Positions 28,251 to 40,723 of a stretch of DNA of 64,000 nucleotides are shown here, piece after piece. This DNA comes from Octopus sinensis (Eukaryota): positions 103,540,001 through 103,604,000 of the forward strand of contig NC_043000.1 of assembly GCF_006345805.1 (NCBI RefSeq), written 5' to 3'. Position numbers and translations under genes: made by a program. The first letter of the stretch is position 1. Every line of letters starts with the position of its first letter. The notes under the pieces were generated by a model, which saw only the letters and a program-made list of their open reading frames with translations, made no database searches and was not told the origin of the DNA.

Positions 28251-31200
28251 ATAAATTCTTTGTTGTCCACCAGAGGCCAACACAGAGGGGTGGGGGATGG
28301 CAATACAAATAAACTGGGGTGGAGTGGAGTCATGGTATGATTATAACGTAAAGATGACAATAAAAATTTATGAAATAAAACGAATGAAGTACAATACAAT
28401 GGGACAACACAATAGAGCGGGAGCCGGGTTCAGCTTCTACCCCGCAAGCCCCGGTCCGCCACTGAAGCCTTGCCTTACTTCTATGGCTTACATTCAAGAG
28501 AGATCACTTATTCTCAGCTCTTGCGCTACATCCTTCCATGTTTAACCATATATATCACACAACAGACACCTCTTCTCCAGTCTTATTTTCCTTTTAAGAT
28601 GAAAAATATAAAAAAAGCTCACTAGAGCGAGACCGCAGACAAAGGCGCCTGCCGCTACTCCTTTCATTCGGGTCTTCCAAACCACCTCTTTCGCTATAGC
28701 AACCACAGTGAGAAAACAAACCTTTCCTTCTCGATTAAAGGAGGAAGGTGGAACAAAATTAATGGTGGACTCGGAGGACAGTTGTACTCCTCCTAGAAAT
28801 GACAGTAGCTGTTCGACATAAACCCACATATCCAATATTCACGGGCACTGCACAATCGCGTGCAGAACGGTTTCGTCGTTCTGCTCGCACCTTGGGCACG
28901 TGGGCAGACAAGAAGCACCATGCCTTGCCAGTTTATCGCGAACTGGTAAAGCTCCTCGATAATATTGCCAAGCAAGAGACTTTTGGAAATTATACAAAGG
29001 CCCCGGCCCGAATGTCCTTCAGAACAGGCCGGCGAGTTGAGTATCGTAGAGGCCCTGGGTCTCTCCCAGGACGTCGTCGCACTTGTCCTCTACCAACCCT
29101 CTATAAAAGAACGAGGTGGAATCACCGCCGCTGGCATTAATCGTGTGAGAGAGGAGAACGAAAGCCTGATGGCACGTGGCTTGCCGTGATCCCGACCTTG
29201 ATCAACACTTGATCCACGGTTCCAGCTCAACGAAAGCATCAGTTTAATGAACGGAGACCACACCTGTTCACCATCCAGGTAGAGCCACAAATGCTTCAGT
29301 CTCAGCGCATCAACAGCCAAGGCTTCCCTAGCCCACCCTTTAGCGGGTGTTGGCAACAGATAGAACGCCTTACAAGCGGACCGTCGTCCTCCACAAAAAG
29401 CGGAAGAGCAAGCGCTCCAGCTTGCTTAGACATGAAGCGGGGCAAGGCACGACGGTTAGGCGGTAGGTGATTACAGATGCGATAAACACATTTGCGACCT
29501 CCGCCCTCCCTTTCAGAGATATCCACCGCTTGGACCAGGTTCGAGTTAAGAGGGTCACCCTGCTCGCCACCTCGCTCCAATTCTTCACTATCTGGAGATC
29601 CGGTCCAAACCAGACCCCTAGCATTTTAACCAGTCCCACCGTCCAGCGACCGGCGATGTTGTTGGGTGACATCGACGTGCCCTTCCAGGTACCGAGTTAC
29701 AAGCCGACTGATTTATCCCGGCTAACTGTTGCTCCTGCCGCCGCCTCGTAATACTTAATGGCCGCACCTACCCTCTGTAGGTGGTCCACCTTGGATACGA
29801 TGATGGTGACGTCGTCCGCATACGCTGAAACCGATTTTCCGCAACCTAGATCACGCGAGACGCCCCCTGTCTCCTCCAGTTTCCGGAGAAAAAGCTCGAG
29901 CCAACACATATAGGAGTGGGGAGAAGGGACGCCCTTGACATATTAAGCGCTTGATTGAGAACGGCTACTAGAAGAAACCGTTCACCTGAACGATCGAATC
30001 GATGTTACTATAAAGAGCAATGATCCAACTGAGAAAGGTCAGGCACAAACTGACCGCCGCGAGGACCGACACCAGATACCGATGGTCAACCCTATCGTAA
30101 GCCTTAGATTGGTCTAAATGGACCAAAGCCCCATCCTTGCCAGGAATCCTGAGAACCCTCTCTAAGGTATAGCGTATAAGATGGAGATTGTCGTGTATGG
30201 ATCTACCTGGAATGGCACAAGTTTGTGCCTCCCCAACAATTCCACCTACGACATACGCCAACCTTTTTGCTAATACCTTGGACAAAATCTTCAGCTCTGC
30301 GTTAAGCAGAGTGATGGCCTAAAACTGTCTATAAAGTCCCACTTGTTTGGGTCCTTTATAAGAAGTGTCACCACTCCCCGACTCACAGGCCTGGGGAGGA
30401 ACCCGTCCTGTTGCCAGTTCGTGAAAGCACATGCCAGTAGGTGCCCAAACTAGTATGGCATGCTGTAACTCGTAGGGAAGACCGTCTAACCCCGGCGACT
30501 TGTCCGCGCCGCAGTCCGCGAGAGCCTTCTCCACCTCCGCAGCTGGGATCGGCCCTTCAGAGCACTTCGCCTCCAGTTCCGAGGGACGCAGCAAACCGGC
30601 GAGGAAGTCGAAAAGCTGGGCGAAATACTCTTGAAAGACTTTACACATTTCCTCGGGTTCTTTTGCCAAGTTACCTTGTTGGTCCGTCACAGACCTTATT
30701 GTGGTATATTTGCCCCGTTGGGCTTCTACCACACGGGCCCATCCGGCAGCTTTGATTCCCTCTTGTCTTATTGCACTTTGCTTCGCCCTGACTATGCATT
30801 CCTCGTGTACAGCTTTGAGGTGTTGGTTCAGAGCCAATCTCGCCGCTAAAACTTGGGACGCACAGCCTGACCTCAGCGCTTCTTCTACAGCCTTAACTAG
30901 ATCCCTTTTAATTCTAGTCTTCTACTTAGCTATCTCTATGCTATAGCTAATCGACTCAAATTTTATGGCTCTTTTGAGGGCATACCACCATTTGTTGTTA
31001 ATACTGAAACCGGCCAATGCCCTCATCACTAACAGTCTAATCCGGCTACCGTACTCTTCACAAACCAAATGGGACTTGTTGAGCTTCCAGTAACCGGAAC
31101 ACTGTCTACGTAACCTATCTATGTCAAGCTTACAGGTCACAAATTTATGATCACTGTCACTGACGTGATAGAAAAGTGGATAATTAACTAAGTTCTTATT

Positions 31201-33387
31201 ATAATTCTATCTATATAAGATCTAGAATACCCGTCGTTATTAGACCATGTCCACAATGGAACGTCCGGGAATTCTGGTCTATACCGATCTGCCAGCTGAA
31301 AATGACTGAGCAGATCTTTGAAGTGCGGGTTTTCCCTCCTATTCGAGTTCGAGCCAACACTATCTACGCGTGCATCGCAGATAGTTAGTGTTAAAGACGC
31401 CCAACAGAATTAAAGTGTGTGACGTGCCTAGGAATTTCTCTAAACCTCTAAAATACTCAGACTGTCGAGCACCGAGGGGTGCATAGACAGCTTCCAGCCT
31501 GAAGGTCTTATCACTGCTAGGCGTCACATCAAGGACGACCAATCTGTCCTCCGTGTCAACAAAGATTGTTAAAGTTTTGATGTCCAGATTTCTTCTGAGC
31601 AGAACTGCAACACCCGCCCCTCTTCCAGGTGGGCATGGAGAAATAATTTTCTCGTAGCTGGTTAGGAGGGGGAAAAGTTTTACAAATTACTCAGTCTGGT
31701 CTCTGTAGCTACTATTACATCCAAATTATGCGACCTGAGGTTGTTCACAAAACATCCCTGCTTCCAGGTCGACTTCAGGACGCGAACATTTACGCCACCT
31801 ACGTCAAAAGAAGCCATAAAAGAAAAAAAAGAAAAAATGCTCACTAGAGCGAAACTGGAGACAAAGGCGCCTGTCGCTACTCCTTTCATTCGGGTCTTCC
31901 AAATAAAATCCCCATCTTAATCTTCTATGCCGGGACTTGCGGGGATGTCTTTGACTAGGCCCTCAAAAAATTGAGATGAAAAATGTAATCTTGGAAGGCC
32001 CAGGTCGTGTGGAACTCGCTTCTCAGTATATTCAAATTGTTCGTATCCATTTTTACAATTTTTATATTTTCTGGTGTGTCAAGGTCTTTTTCGACTACGG
32101 CTGTTGGAATCTTTTTTATTTTTGTGTTTAAACGTTCATTCTTTGTATTTACTGCTACCAAATATAGTGAATGGTCAAAAACAATATCCGTTAGTAAATT
32201 ATCCATACTATTCCTTTTCACATTCTTTCTTGACGATAGGCTTGAGGGACTCCCTATTGCCTCTCTTTTCCTTCTCTTTTTCTTTCACTGTTGCTTCTGC
32301 CATTCGCCTTCCTACGCGTTCTCAGACACTTCTTCCTCCGTCTCCGCCGCTGGTCCTGGTGTTTAGTCCTGTGGTTTTGGTGTAGATATTGTTGCTTCCG
32401 GTGATTTTTCCTGTGGTGGGGGATTCAGTGCTTCCTTGGTGAGAGGTTTGTACTCGGTCCTGATGTGACCTAACTGGTCACATCTAAAACAAGGAGGATT
32501 CTTCCCCTCGACCATCACACGAAGCTTGGTTTTCCTCACCTCAATGATTTCTATCAAATTTTATAAATCGACAGGGGAAGCTTGGGCAATCATTTCTATC
32601 TTCCTCAGCCAATTCTGACAATCAATCACTGTTGTGTTAAGGATTGTCATCTTGTCTTCGTTGCCAAAGGTTATGGCTGCCACAATCCATCCCGCATTCA
32701 CCTCTGGTGGTACTTCACCCACTTTAATCCTCGACGTTCTCCTGCCTAGGTACGTCGGTAACAGTACCACCTCCTCCGTTTTTATAGTCTTCGCCGAATG
32801 CTTCTTAGCCAACTCTTCCAATTTAAAGCGAACCTCTATTGTCGCGAACATTTTCCCTCTAGTCATGTATGTTATATCGTTCCACTTCTGTTTCAGTGCT
32901 AATTACACTCCCTCCCTTGATGCCATGTCTAGATTTTTTGCCTTTATTATCCATGTTTTGTAGGTAACGGTCTTTTTTCTGTATCTTCGAACGACTCATT
33001 GGAAGGGACAATTTTAAGTTCCTGCGTCTCATTTTTAAACATTTCATTATACTTTTTAAATTCTATTGGTTCAACGCTGATATTCGTTTTCGCCACCGTA
33101 GCGGCTGCTGCGAAATTTTTTCCTTGTTTGCTTGTATAATAAATTTTTACTCTGTAACACGCATTTCCCTCACGGGACTTCCACCCGCTATGTTGGTCGA
33201 ATTGGACATACTATCCTAGCAATTAACAATTCCCCCTTGTTTCAAGGGGGACACATAACAATTACTTCCAAAAAGCAATAACAGAGTTCAACAAACCACA
33301 AAAGTAACAAGAAAAATCCAGCAGATTGACAACAGTAAAGGTAAACTCACGATAACGCAGCAAAATAACCCCAAAACTTATTCACAG
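28251..33387 (-). mobile_element. Full-length L1/Tx1-like LINE, decayed
   Basis: Perfect 17-bp TSD TTTAACTTGTAGCAAGT (28234-50, 33388-404); ORF1 with CCHC-like knuckle; ORF2 with APE endonuclease, QGRPFSPLLY, YADD (29811-22) and a C-terminal Cys-His finger. Confidence 0.9.
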
Positions 33388-34900
33388 TTTAACTTGTAGC
33401 AAGTGCGATTTTTAATTACCCACTAGGGGCGAACATAGACGGAACAATACATGATATAGGGGACTTAAAACAAGAAAATAAGAAAAAAAAAGGAAATCAC
33501 ACAAACGTATGAGGACATGAACGACACGTGACAGACCAGCTGAGAGCGAGAAATTTATGTCTGTCCGCTGGAAGCCTACAGTCAGCTACATAAGGAAACC
33601 TTTTTCGATATTTCCTCAGTGAGTTGGGATGTACGGTCGAGTTCAAACCTGCGGCAGAGAGGAGTTTATTTCGCAGGCAGCCTCAGCTATCCTTTGACGG
33701 ATACGTTTGTTCCTGTCCTTCAGCAGAAGTCGTTACGTATTTGTTTTCCTGTTTTACACCGCATTCCTTATGTACCAACTGCATGCAAAAATATTGTGTA
33801 AATATTCTGACCATTCTTTCAAGATGTAGTCCATCAGTTTTGCCGTGTTAATGCTCTTTAACGGGTTGAATAAATCGTCACATTTTAAGCTTCTGGTTTT
33901 CTCATTTCTTCCTTTATCCATACACACACGTATACTGGAACTCAAACCAGCTTTATCCATCAACGCAACTAACCCCGTTAAAAACTACTGAAAATGACGT
34001 GTTCCTTGGGTTAAAACATTTCATGGAGTTGCAAGGACCCACAGAACTAGTACTCGATAGTGATTCCAATAGCATTGAAGTAAGCGGCTACAATGCCTCG
34101 GGGAATTAATTGCAGGTAAATATCACCAATTGGTACAACATGTACACAGCAGGTACAAATTACTTGCAAGGAAATATGAACTCACAATTCGTAAACTGCA
34201 AACCGTCTCTACCATAACGATTTATTTTTCTCTTTATGAGGAAAATTGGTTTCGACAGTGAACAATTAGTAATTCAATCACAGGAATCTATACTCGTAAA
34301 ATCACTGTGAGCGGCTTTTAATTTTCATGTGCTTTTATAACCGCCAAGCTGTATAACCAAAACATAATGTCACAAGGCTGAAGGTTTGAATTACTGATAC
34401 AATTGAGAAAGAGAGAGAGAACTGGAAAGACAGGGCCCTAGTACTCAACTATTAATATATCTATTGACTCCTAAAGGAAAGGCAAAGTTGTCTTCGACAT
34501 GATTTGAAATCGAATCGCAATGAGCCGAGAAAAATATCGCATTCCAACATACTAGCTCAGTTGTTCTCAAACACTGTGCTATGAATTTTCCAAAGTATTA
34601 CTTAAAACTTCAAAAAAACTTTAATTTTTGAGCACCTTGAAAAATGTGTAATTCATAATTTTATTACACACATGAAGGATTAATAAAGCAAGGAAATTCA
34701 TAGCATTTTTTTACGATTTTCTAAATTTTTAACATTAAAACAAGTGTTCATTTTCAACATTTCATTGTGTGTGACACGAAGTCAGGAAGATTAGTAAACG
34801 ATGGTTTAACGACTCAAGAGATGGTATGTGACGGTAACAGCAATTGAGCGACAGATTAAATGACTTGTGATATTCCTTAAGTTTCAGTCTTAATTTATAC

Positions 34901-34930
34901 CTATGTCAACCTTGTTTTTCACTCTTCCTG
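34901..34930 (-). CDS. Candidate 30-nt phase 1-1 micro-exon (GRVKNKVDI)
   Basis: Acceptor ttattttatcaacag, donor AG|gtataa, open in phase 1. Confidence 0.4.
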
Positions 34931-35309
34931 CTGTTGATAAAATAAGTACTGATTATATGTTGGTATCTTTGAGGCTGTATCGTTTTTTTTCAAATTCGTT
35001 GCCTTATGCCTAAATTAGACATTAATATACAGAATTTCGGAGGTTGTACTTGTCTAACAATTCATTTAATTTGTGATCGAGTATTGAAAGTAAGGGAATT
35101 GAAGCGTGGTAAACTCATTTTAGTAATTCAAAAACGCACAGAAACTGTGATGTGAATCGTGCAAGTGACAATGCGACGAAAATTTTGACTCTAGGTAATA
35201 AAAGATTGGGTTACTGAGTGTTTTTGAATGGCGAAAATTAGTCGATACTGAAGGTTTTAAAAAATGAGTTATGAAAAAATAATTGAATTACTGTTTGGCG
35301 TGACGTTAC

Positions 35310-35327
35310 AAGCTTCATGACATTCGG
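35310..35327 (-). CDS. Candidate 18-nt micro-exon (ECHEA in phase 1)
   Basis: Strong acceptor tttcatttctatttacag, donor gtaacg. Confidence 0.4.
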
Positions 35328-37216
35328 CTGTAAATAGAAATGAAACCAGTATGAAAATGAGAAAGAGTCAGACAGAGGAGATACAAGGAGGGGGAATTAT
35401 TATTAGCTACAGATTTTATTCTTAGATGTAAAAAAAAGCTAAATTTATAAAACTGATATCTTTGGTTCAAGTCCTTTTTAAGTATGCAGATTAAAAGAAA
35501 ATACTGTTTGGTACATAACAATAGTCTTAACGCCACAAACACTCCGAGTTAGCTTAGCTATTGATATTTTTGTAGATAGAAGAGAATTTTCCTTGTTTTT
35601 TTTTATCCTTGGACACAAGGCTAAACCATTACTCTTTAACCATTGATTAGAAATTAGTGTCTTTACAGTGTATTATCATTTCTTCTCTGTTCTCATTTAA
35701 CAGTTTTTAAAAGTATACGTTACCTGTCTGATCGGAAACTTTTTGTCCCAAACTCCATATTCGATAAAGTTATACCGATCAAAATTTTGTAATTGGAAAT
35801 ACTAATGTGAAGGTCATTGTTGTCTCGAAATTTTTTATTCACAGCAAATTCCAATATAATTGGAATCTACACTACATGAATTCTATTTGTAGACAATCTC
35901 ATTTTTAAGATATCCTTTTTTTCTGGAAGTTACGAGGAAACATTCACTTTTGTGAATGTATGCCTATTGCTTTAACATAAGTAATACGAAGATTACATTG
36001 TTTATCGGCTTGTTTTGCTTCACTTTCATTTTGTGTATAATAATATTTAATTATAAAGCTGCATGTTATATATAATCAAACAATATACTTTTGTCGTCCG
36101 GTTCATGAATGAGATGGGGTCAGTTTTTCACTACACATAAACATAGATAGGATAGCAGTATTTACGATGATATTGTGTTTAATGTTTAGTAACGAATAGT
36201 AACTGTATTTAAAATGCATCGAATTGTGTGTGTGTATAATACATTCAAAATTTGTATAAAAGTACAAACAAATGGAACGACCGGAAAATACAGACATAGA
36301 ATGTCACTAAATCCCCATCAGTTATCATCCAAAGGATCATAATTTTACGCCTTTAACGACATCGTTCCCCTTTGGTGGCGTCAGCGACGAGAAGCTGCGG
36401 TGAAATAGCGAGTAAACAACGGACCAAACACGACAGAATGTGAACATAGAAATAAAAATGAAATAAATATACATTATGCAAACAAAGTAATATATAATAT
36501 AAGGCCTTGCAACTCAAGACGGGACGAATAGCGGACAGAGACGAAAACACTTGCCTTTTATTCTTCTTCACAGAATAATAATTAATACCACTTTTTAAAT
36601 CTATGCAAGCTAACAAGTGAGAATCTACATAGTTGCTCTAATTGCTAATACTAGCAGTCAAAATCTATTTCATAGCATACCCTATAATCTTTAAAAATGA
36701 ACATATTGGATAATGTACTCAGGGTACGCTATGCTGTAAAAAGAGAGGGTGGCCGTTGCTGGAATGTCTTTGATCACACGCAATGTAATGTTAATCAACA
36801 AACCCACTTGTCTCGCTTTTCTCAAGAATACAAGAAAATAATCCTAACAGAATTCCTTTCGTATCTACCAGTGTTTTTGCAGTTCCCTTACAATAACAAC
36901 AACGAGACTATACGTGAGTTTCTATATGATCACTCTAGCTGCTAGAAATAACAGAAAAATTCCCCTCTTATTACACTTTGTTTTAAAAAGAAGACTAAAA
37001 TAATGTGATCTTCGGTTTCCTACATATATGAAATTACATGAGTGGTCATGCAGGAATGCCTTTTATCATAAGGTTTTTATTTTTATCAGCAACAACACCA
37101 TAAAAAATGTAGACAAGAACAATGAGAAGTTCAAGTCATCTACATTATCAATAACAGCAACATTAAGAAGGACGAAGAACATGAAAAGTGGATATATTTA
37201 TAACCATTAAACTTAC

Positions 37217-37267
37217 GAGGAATATGATTAATCAAATACGTCATTAGTACGGTTTTCTTCAATTGAT
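37217..37267 (-). CDS. 51-nt phase 1-1 exon (QLKKTVLMTYLINHIP)
   Basis: Acceptor ctttttttcattgtaacag, donor gtaagt, open frame. Confidence 0.65.
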
Positions 37268-37299
37268 CTGTTACAATGAAAAAAAGAGACAGATATTAA

Positions 37300-37935
37300 G
37301 ATTGGTTTCAAATTTTGGCACATGGCCAGCAAGTTCGGGGGAGGGGAAAAGTCAATTACATCGACCCTAGTGCTCAACTGGTACTTATTTTATCGACCCC
37401 GAAAGGATGAAAGGCAAAGTCAACCTTGAACTCAGAGGTCGACTTTGCCTTTCATACTTCCGAGGTCGATTAAATAAGTACCAGTTACGCACTGATGTCG
37501 ATATAATCGACTTAATGCGTTTGTCTGTCCTTGTTTGTCCTCTCTGTGTTTAGCCCTTTGTGGGTAGTAAAGAAATAGGTATTTCGTCTGCCGTTACGTT
37601 CTGAGTTCAAATTCCGCCGAGGTCGACTTTGCCTTTCATCCTTTCGGGGTCGATAAATTAAGTACCAGTTGCATACTGGGATCGATGTAATCGACTTAAT
37701 CCGTCTTTCTGTACTTGTTTGTCTCCTCTGTGTTTAACCCCTTGTGGGTAGTAAAGAAATAGAAATAGGTATTTCGTCTGTCTTTACGTTCCGAGTTCAT
37801 ATTCCGCCGAGGTCGACTTTGCTTTTCATCCTTTCGGGGTCGATAAATTAAGAACCAGTTGCGTACTGGGTCGATTTAATCGACTGGACCACTCCCCAAA
37901 AGTTTCGGGCCTTGTGCCTAGAGTAAAAAGTATAT
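37300..37935. mobile_element. Cluster of SINE family 2 copies (one inverted, then three tandem)
   Basis: Repeated GAGGTCGACTTTGCCTTTCATCCTTTCGGGGTCGATAAA block; tail-to-GGTATTTCGTCTG junctions. Confidence 0.85.
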
Positions 37936-38416
37936 TATAAGTCTGCTTTTTAACGAAATGACTCTGGGTTCAGTCCCACTGCTTCGTGCATTGAGCAGAT
38001 GACTTCTATTATAGCTTCAGATCGACAAAAACCTTGTGAGTAGATTTGGTAGACAGGAACAGAAATAAGCCTGGTGTATATGAGTGTGTATGTGTGTGTG
38101 TGTTAGCAAAATGTGCTAAGCATTCAAGATGCTAAATTCGTAAAACAGAAGCTATCATTTCTTCGCTCCAACAATAAACTGCAATGTGACGTATACTTCC
38201 TTAACATAATACTTTTACATTCCATTCATGAATTTTGATAATTTATCATGGAAAACAGGTCCACAATCGGGAAAAGATAAAGTATATATTTGACAATGGA
38301 TGAATGACTATTTCGCTAGAAATACCTCTGTCCTAGTTGAAACAATTTCCAATATGTTATTCAATGCGATGCGAAAAATATTTCAAAGACAACGTAAAAA
38401 TCTATATAGAACTTAC

Positions 38417-38467
38417 CCGGTGGTTCTTCAGTTGACGAAATGTTCTTGAAGCCGTGGAAAATTAGCT
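38417..38467 (-). CDS. 51-nt phase 1-1 exon (LIFHGFKNISSTEEPP)
   Basis: Acceptor tatattttgcag, donor gtaagt; flanks paralogous to the exon at 47579; only phase 1 is open. Confidence 0.65.
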
Positions 38468-38678
38468 CTGCAAAATATAGATTTCGTATAGAGACAGGCA
38501 TGTCAATGATTAAATGTTTTTGGATAAAGTTTTTTGAAAGGATCATCTATTTATTGATAGATTTCTCGCAATAAGTTTTCACATATTTGCCGTAAAATCT
38601 AAAGTTTGTATCATATCTTCTTAAAACGAACAAGGAATATTATAAGAGTGATGATTTAGAACAACTATAAGGTCTGAA

Positions 38679-38994
38679 GGCGCATGGCTCAGTGGTTAGA
38701 GCGTCGAGCTTACGATCGTGAGGTTGTGAGCTCGAATCCCGGACCGGGCTGCGTGTTGTGTTCTTGAGCAAGACACTTTATTTCACGTTGCTCCAGTTCA
38801 CTCAGCTGTAGAAATGAGTTGCGACGTCACAGGTGCCAAGCTGGATAACACTGGTGGCGTGGAGAGGGAAGGCTGGTATGCATAGGCGACTGCTAGCCTT
38901 CCATAAACAACCTTGCTCGGACTTGTGTCTAGGAGGGTAACTTTCTAGGTGCAATCCCATGGTCATTCATGACCGAAGGGGGTCTTTACCCCTT
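38679..38994 (+). mobile_element. tRNA-derived SINE family 3
   Basis: A/B-box head; perfect 13-bp TSD TATAAGGTCTGAA at 38666-78 and 38995-39007. Confidence 0.9.
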
Positions 38995-39434
38995 TATAAG
39001 GTCTGAATGAGTTCAGTGCTGCCTGAATCCAACTATATTTGCCTTTCATTCCGTTTTCAGCAAACGATTTACAAATAATGTACTGTAGTTGATTTAATCT
39101 TCTCAATCAACTTTCATACAAGACTTATTCAAATTGCTCTGTAGCAAAACGAAGATTTTAGACATTGGACCGAGAAATACATTAATTACATCATTTGCAT
39201 ATGAGGAATATTTTATATGCGATAATGACACAGATTTCCCCACAGGGTAGGTGTACAGGAGTTCAGTACACATCGGAAAAAAACCACTTGAAGAGTCTCT
39301 TCGTGCGACATGATAATCACTAGCTATACGAACTTTGTCATAGTGCAAATTAAACTGCGAAGAGTTGCTGTCGAAATGAACAGTGGTTCAGCTATGTAAG
39401 TTATTGCGTACACACGGAGTGTATATCAACTTAC

Positions 39435-39488
39435 ATTGTGTAGTTTCAGAAGTAGCAACGGTACTAACATCCTCGAAGGAAGACGGAG
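39435..39488 (-). CDS. 54-nt phase 1-1 exon (PSSFEDVSTVATSETTQ)
   Basis: Acceptor ctcttttttttcag, donor gtaagt; same tatcaacttac flank as the tandem exons. Confidence 0.7.
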
Positions 39489-39664
39489 CTGAAAAAAAGA
39501 GAGCTTACAGGATTTGATATGAAGCAATTTTAGATGGTGGTGTTCTCAGGTTGTGAAGCCATCTAATGATGACTCTGTTCAAAAGCCTGTAATATGTCAT
39601 TCGATAAAAAAATATGGTACAATGAATTTATAGAGCAAAGCTGTAACTTTAAGTACCTTTACTT

Positions 39665-40723
39665 ATGTACAGAGGTGCCGACGTACATAAGATTAATAAC
39701 TTATGGACCTGGGGTTGCAATCAACACCCAACCCCAAATTCACACCATAGAAAATTTCCCTTTACTGTGAAAAATAACACGGTGAGCAATTCTAAATCTA
39801 CAAAAAACTATATCTGGTTTGTTATACCTTTCGGAAAACAAATCAAATCGAACCTTCCCTTACAGTTCCGTGAAGCAGTGGCTAGGTATTATTCTATTAT
39901 AAATTCACATAAGGTGAGAATTGCATTCTCTAACACTAGAAATCTTTCACAAATTATCGCTTCTCATAATAACAAGCTGCTAAACAGAGATCCTTCACCC
40001 GGAAGATCCAACACTATTTTTATCGATTCCAACCAAACATACAATAATATTAATAGAAATAGTATTGATAGTAGCAACATTCGTAGCAACGTTAGTGTAG
40101 GCAATGATAGTATTAATAATAGCACTAGTCGGGCTGATAATGGTATCAACAACAACATTTCTATTGCCAGGAATATTGCCGGCTGTAATGCTATTAATAT
40201 TAATGATAATAATGATAATAATAATATAAATAATGTACGGGTTAAAACTAACAGTAATATTAACAGCAATCATATCATTAATAATTCAGTCTCAATCTCT
40301 GAAGGAAATCCTAACAGATTAAGGTTCTTGTCCAGTAACTCCAAAATTAAGAATACAATTTACCAATGTAGAATTTCTACCGGTACCGATGTCTTCTTTT
40401 ATATTGGGGCAACAACTTCCAAATTATCAGAGAGAATTTCAAATCATTATTCAACGTTCCGAGATAAGAGAAAACAACAGAGCACAGGACTAAGTAAATT
40501 AGTTTGGCGTCTTAAGGACAATAATATAACTTTTAAGCTGGATTGGTCCATATTGTCTGTATCCTTTCCTTTTGATAAGGGCAGGAAATTTTGCGGAATT
40601 TGTATTTCCGAGCTCTACCATATAATTTTCGCCAAGTTCCATTTAGTTAACACGTTAACAGAAAAATCCTATAAATGTATGCACTGGCAAAAACATACTT
40701 TTCATTCAACAAATGATAATTAA
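39665..40723 (+). CDS. Open 352-codon ORF: C-terminal part of a Naiad-type Penelope element with GIY-YIG endonuclease
   Basis: IWFVIPF..KVRIAFSNTRNL..TIYQ..YIG..ERISNH..STGLSKLVW..CGICISE; no RT upstream. Confidence 0.8.
   Translation: MYRGADVHKINNLWTWGCNQHPTPNSHHRKFPFTVKNNTVSNSKSTKNYIWFVIPFGKQIKSNLPLQFREAVARYYSIINSHKVRIAFSNTRNLSQIIASHNNKLLNRDPSPGRSNTIFIDSNQTYNNINRNSIDSSNIRSNVSVGNDSINNSTSRADNGINNNISIARNIAGCNAININDNNDNNNINNVRVKTNSNINSNHIINNSVSISEGNPNRLRFLSSNSKIKNTIYQCRISTGTDVFFYIGATTSKLSERISNHYSTFRDKRKQQSTGLSKLVWRLKDNNITFKLDWSILSVSFPFDKGRKFCGICISELYHIIFAKFHLVNTLTEKSYKCMHWQKHTFHSTNDN

Noticed and set aside
34770-35810. Plus-strand ATG|gtatgt start followed by an acceptor at 35703
   Set aside because: Frame closes after ~34 codons with no supporting exons
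36681-36941. Two acceptor/donor pairs (36892-941 and 36681-733)
   Set aside because: Stops in the required phase; may be non-coding or chance matches
38679-38760. tRNA gene
   Set aside because: It is a SINE head followed by core, tail and TSD
14900-40723. Selenocysteine TGA codons known in some Naiad elements
   Set aside because: The nuclease Cys positions I checked are TGT/TGC or otherwise mutated; no in-frame TGA at those conserved Cys
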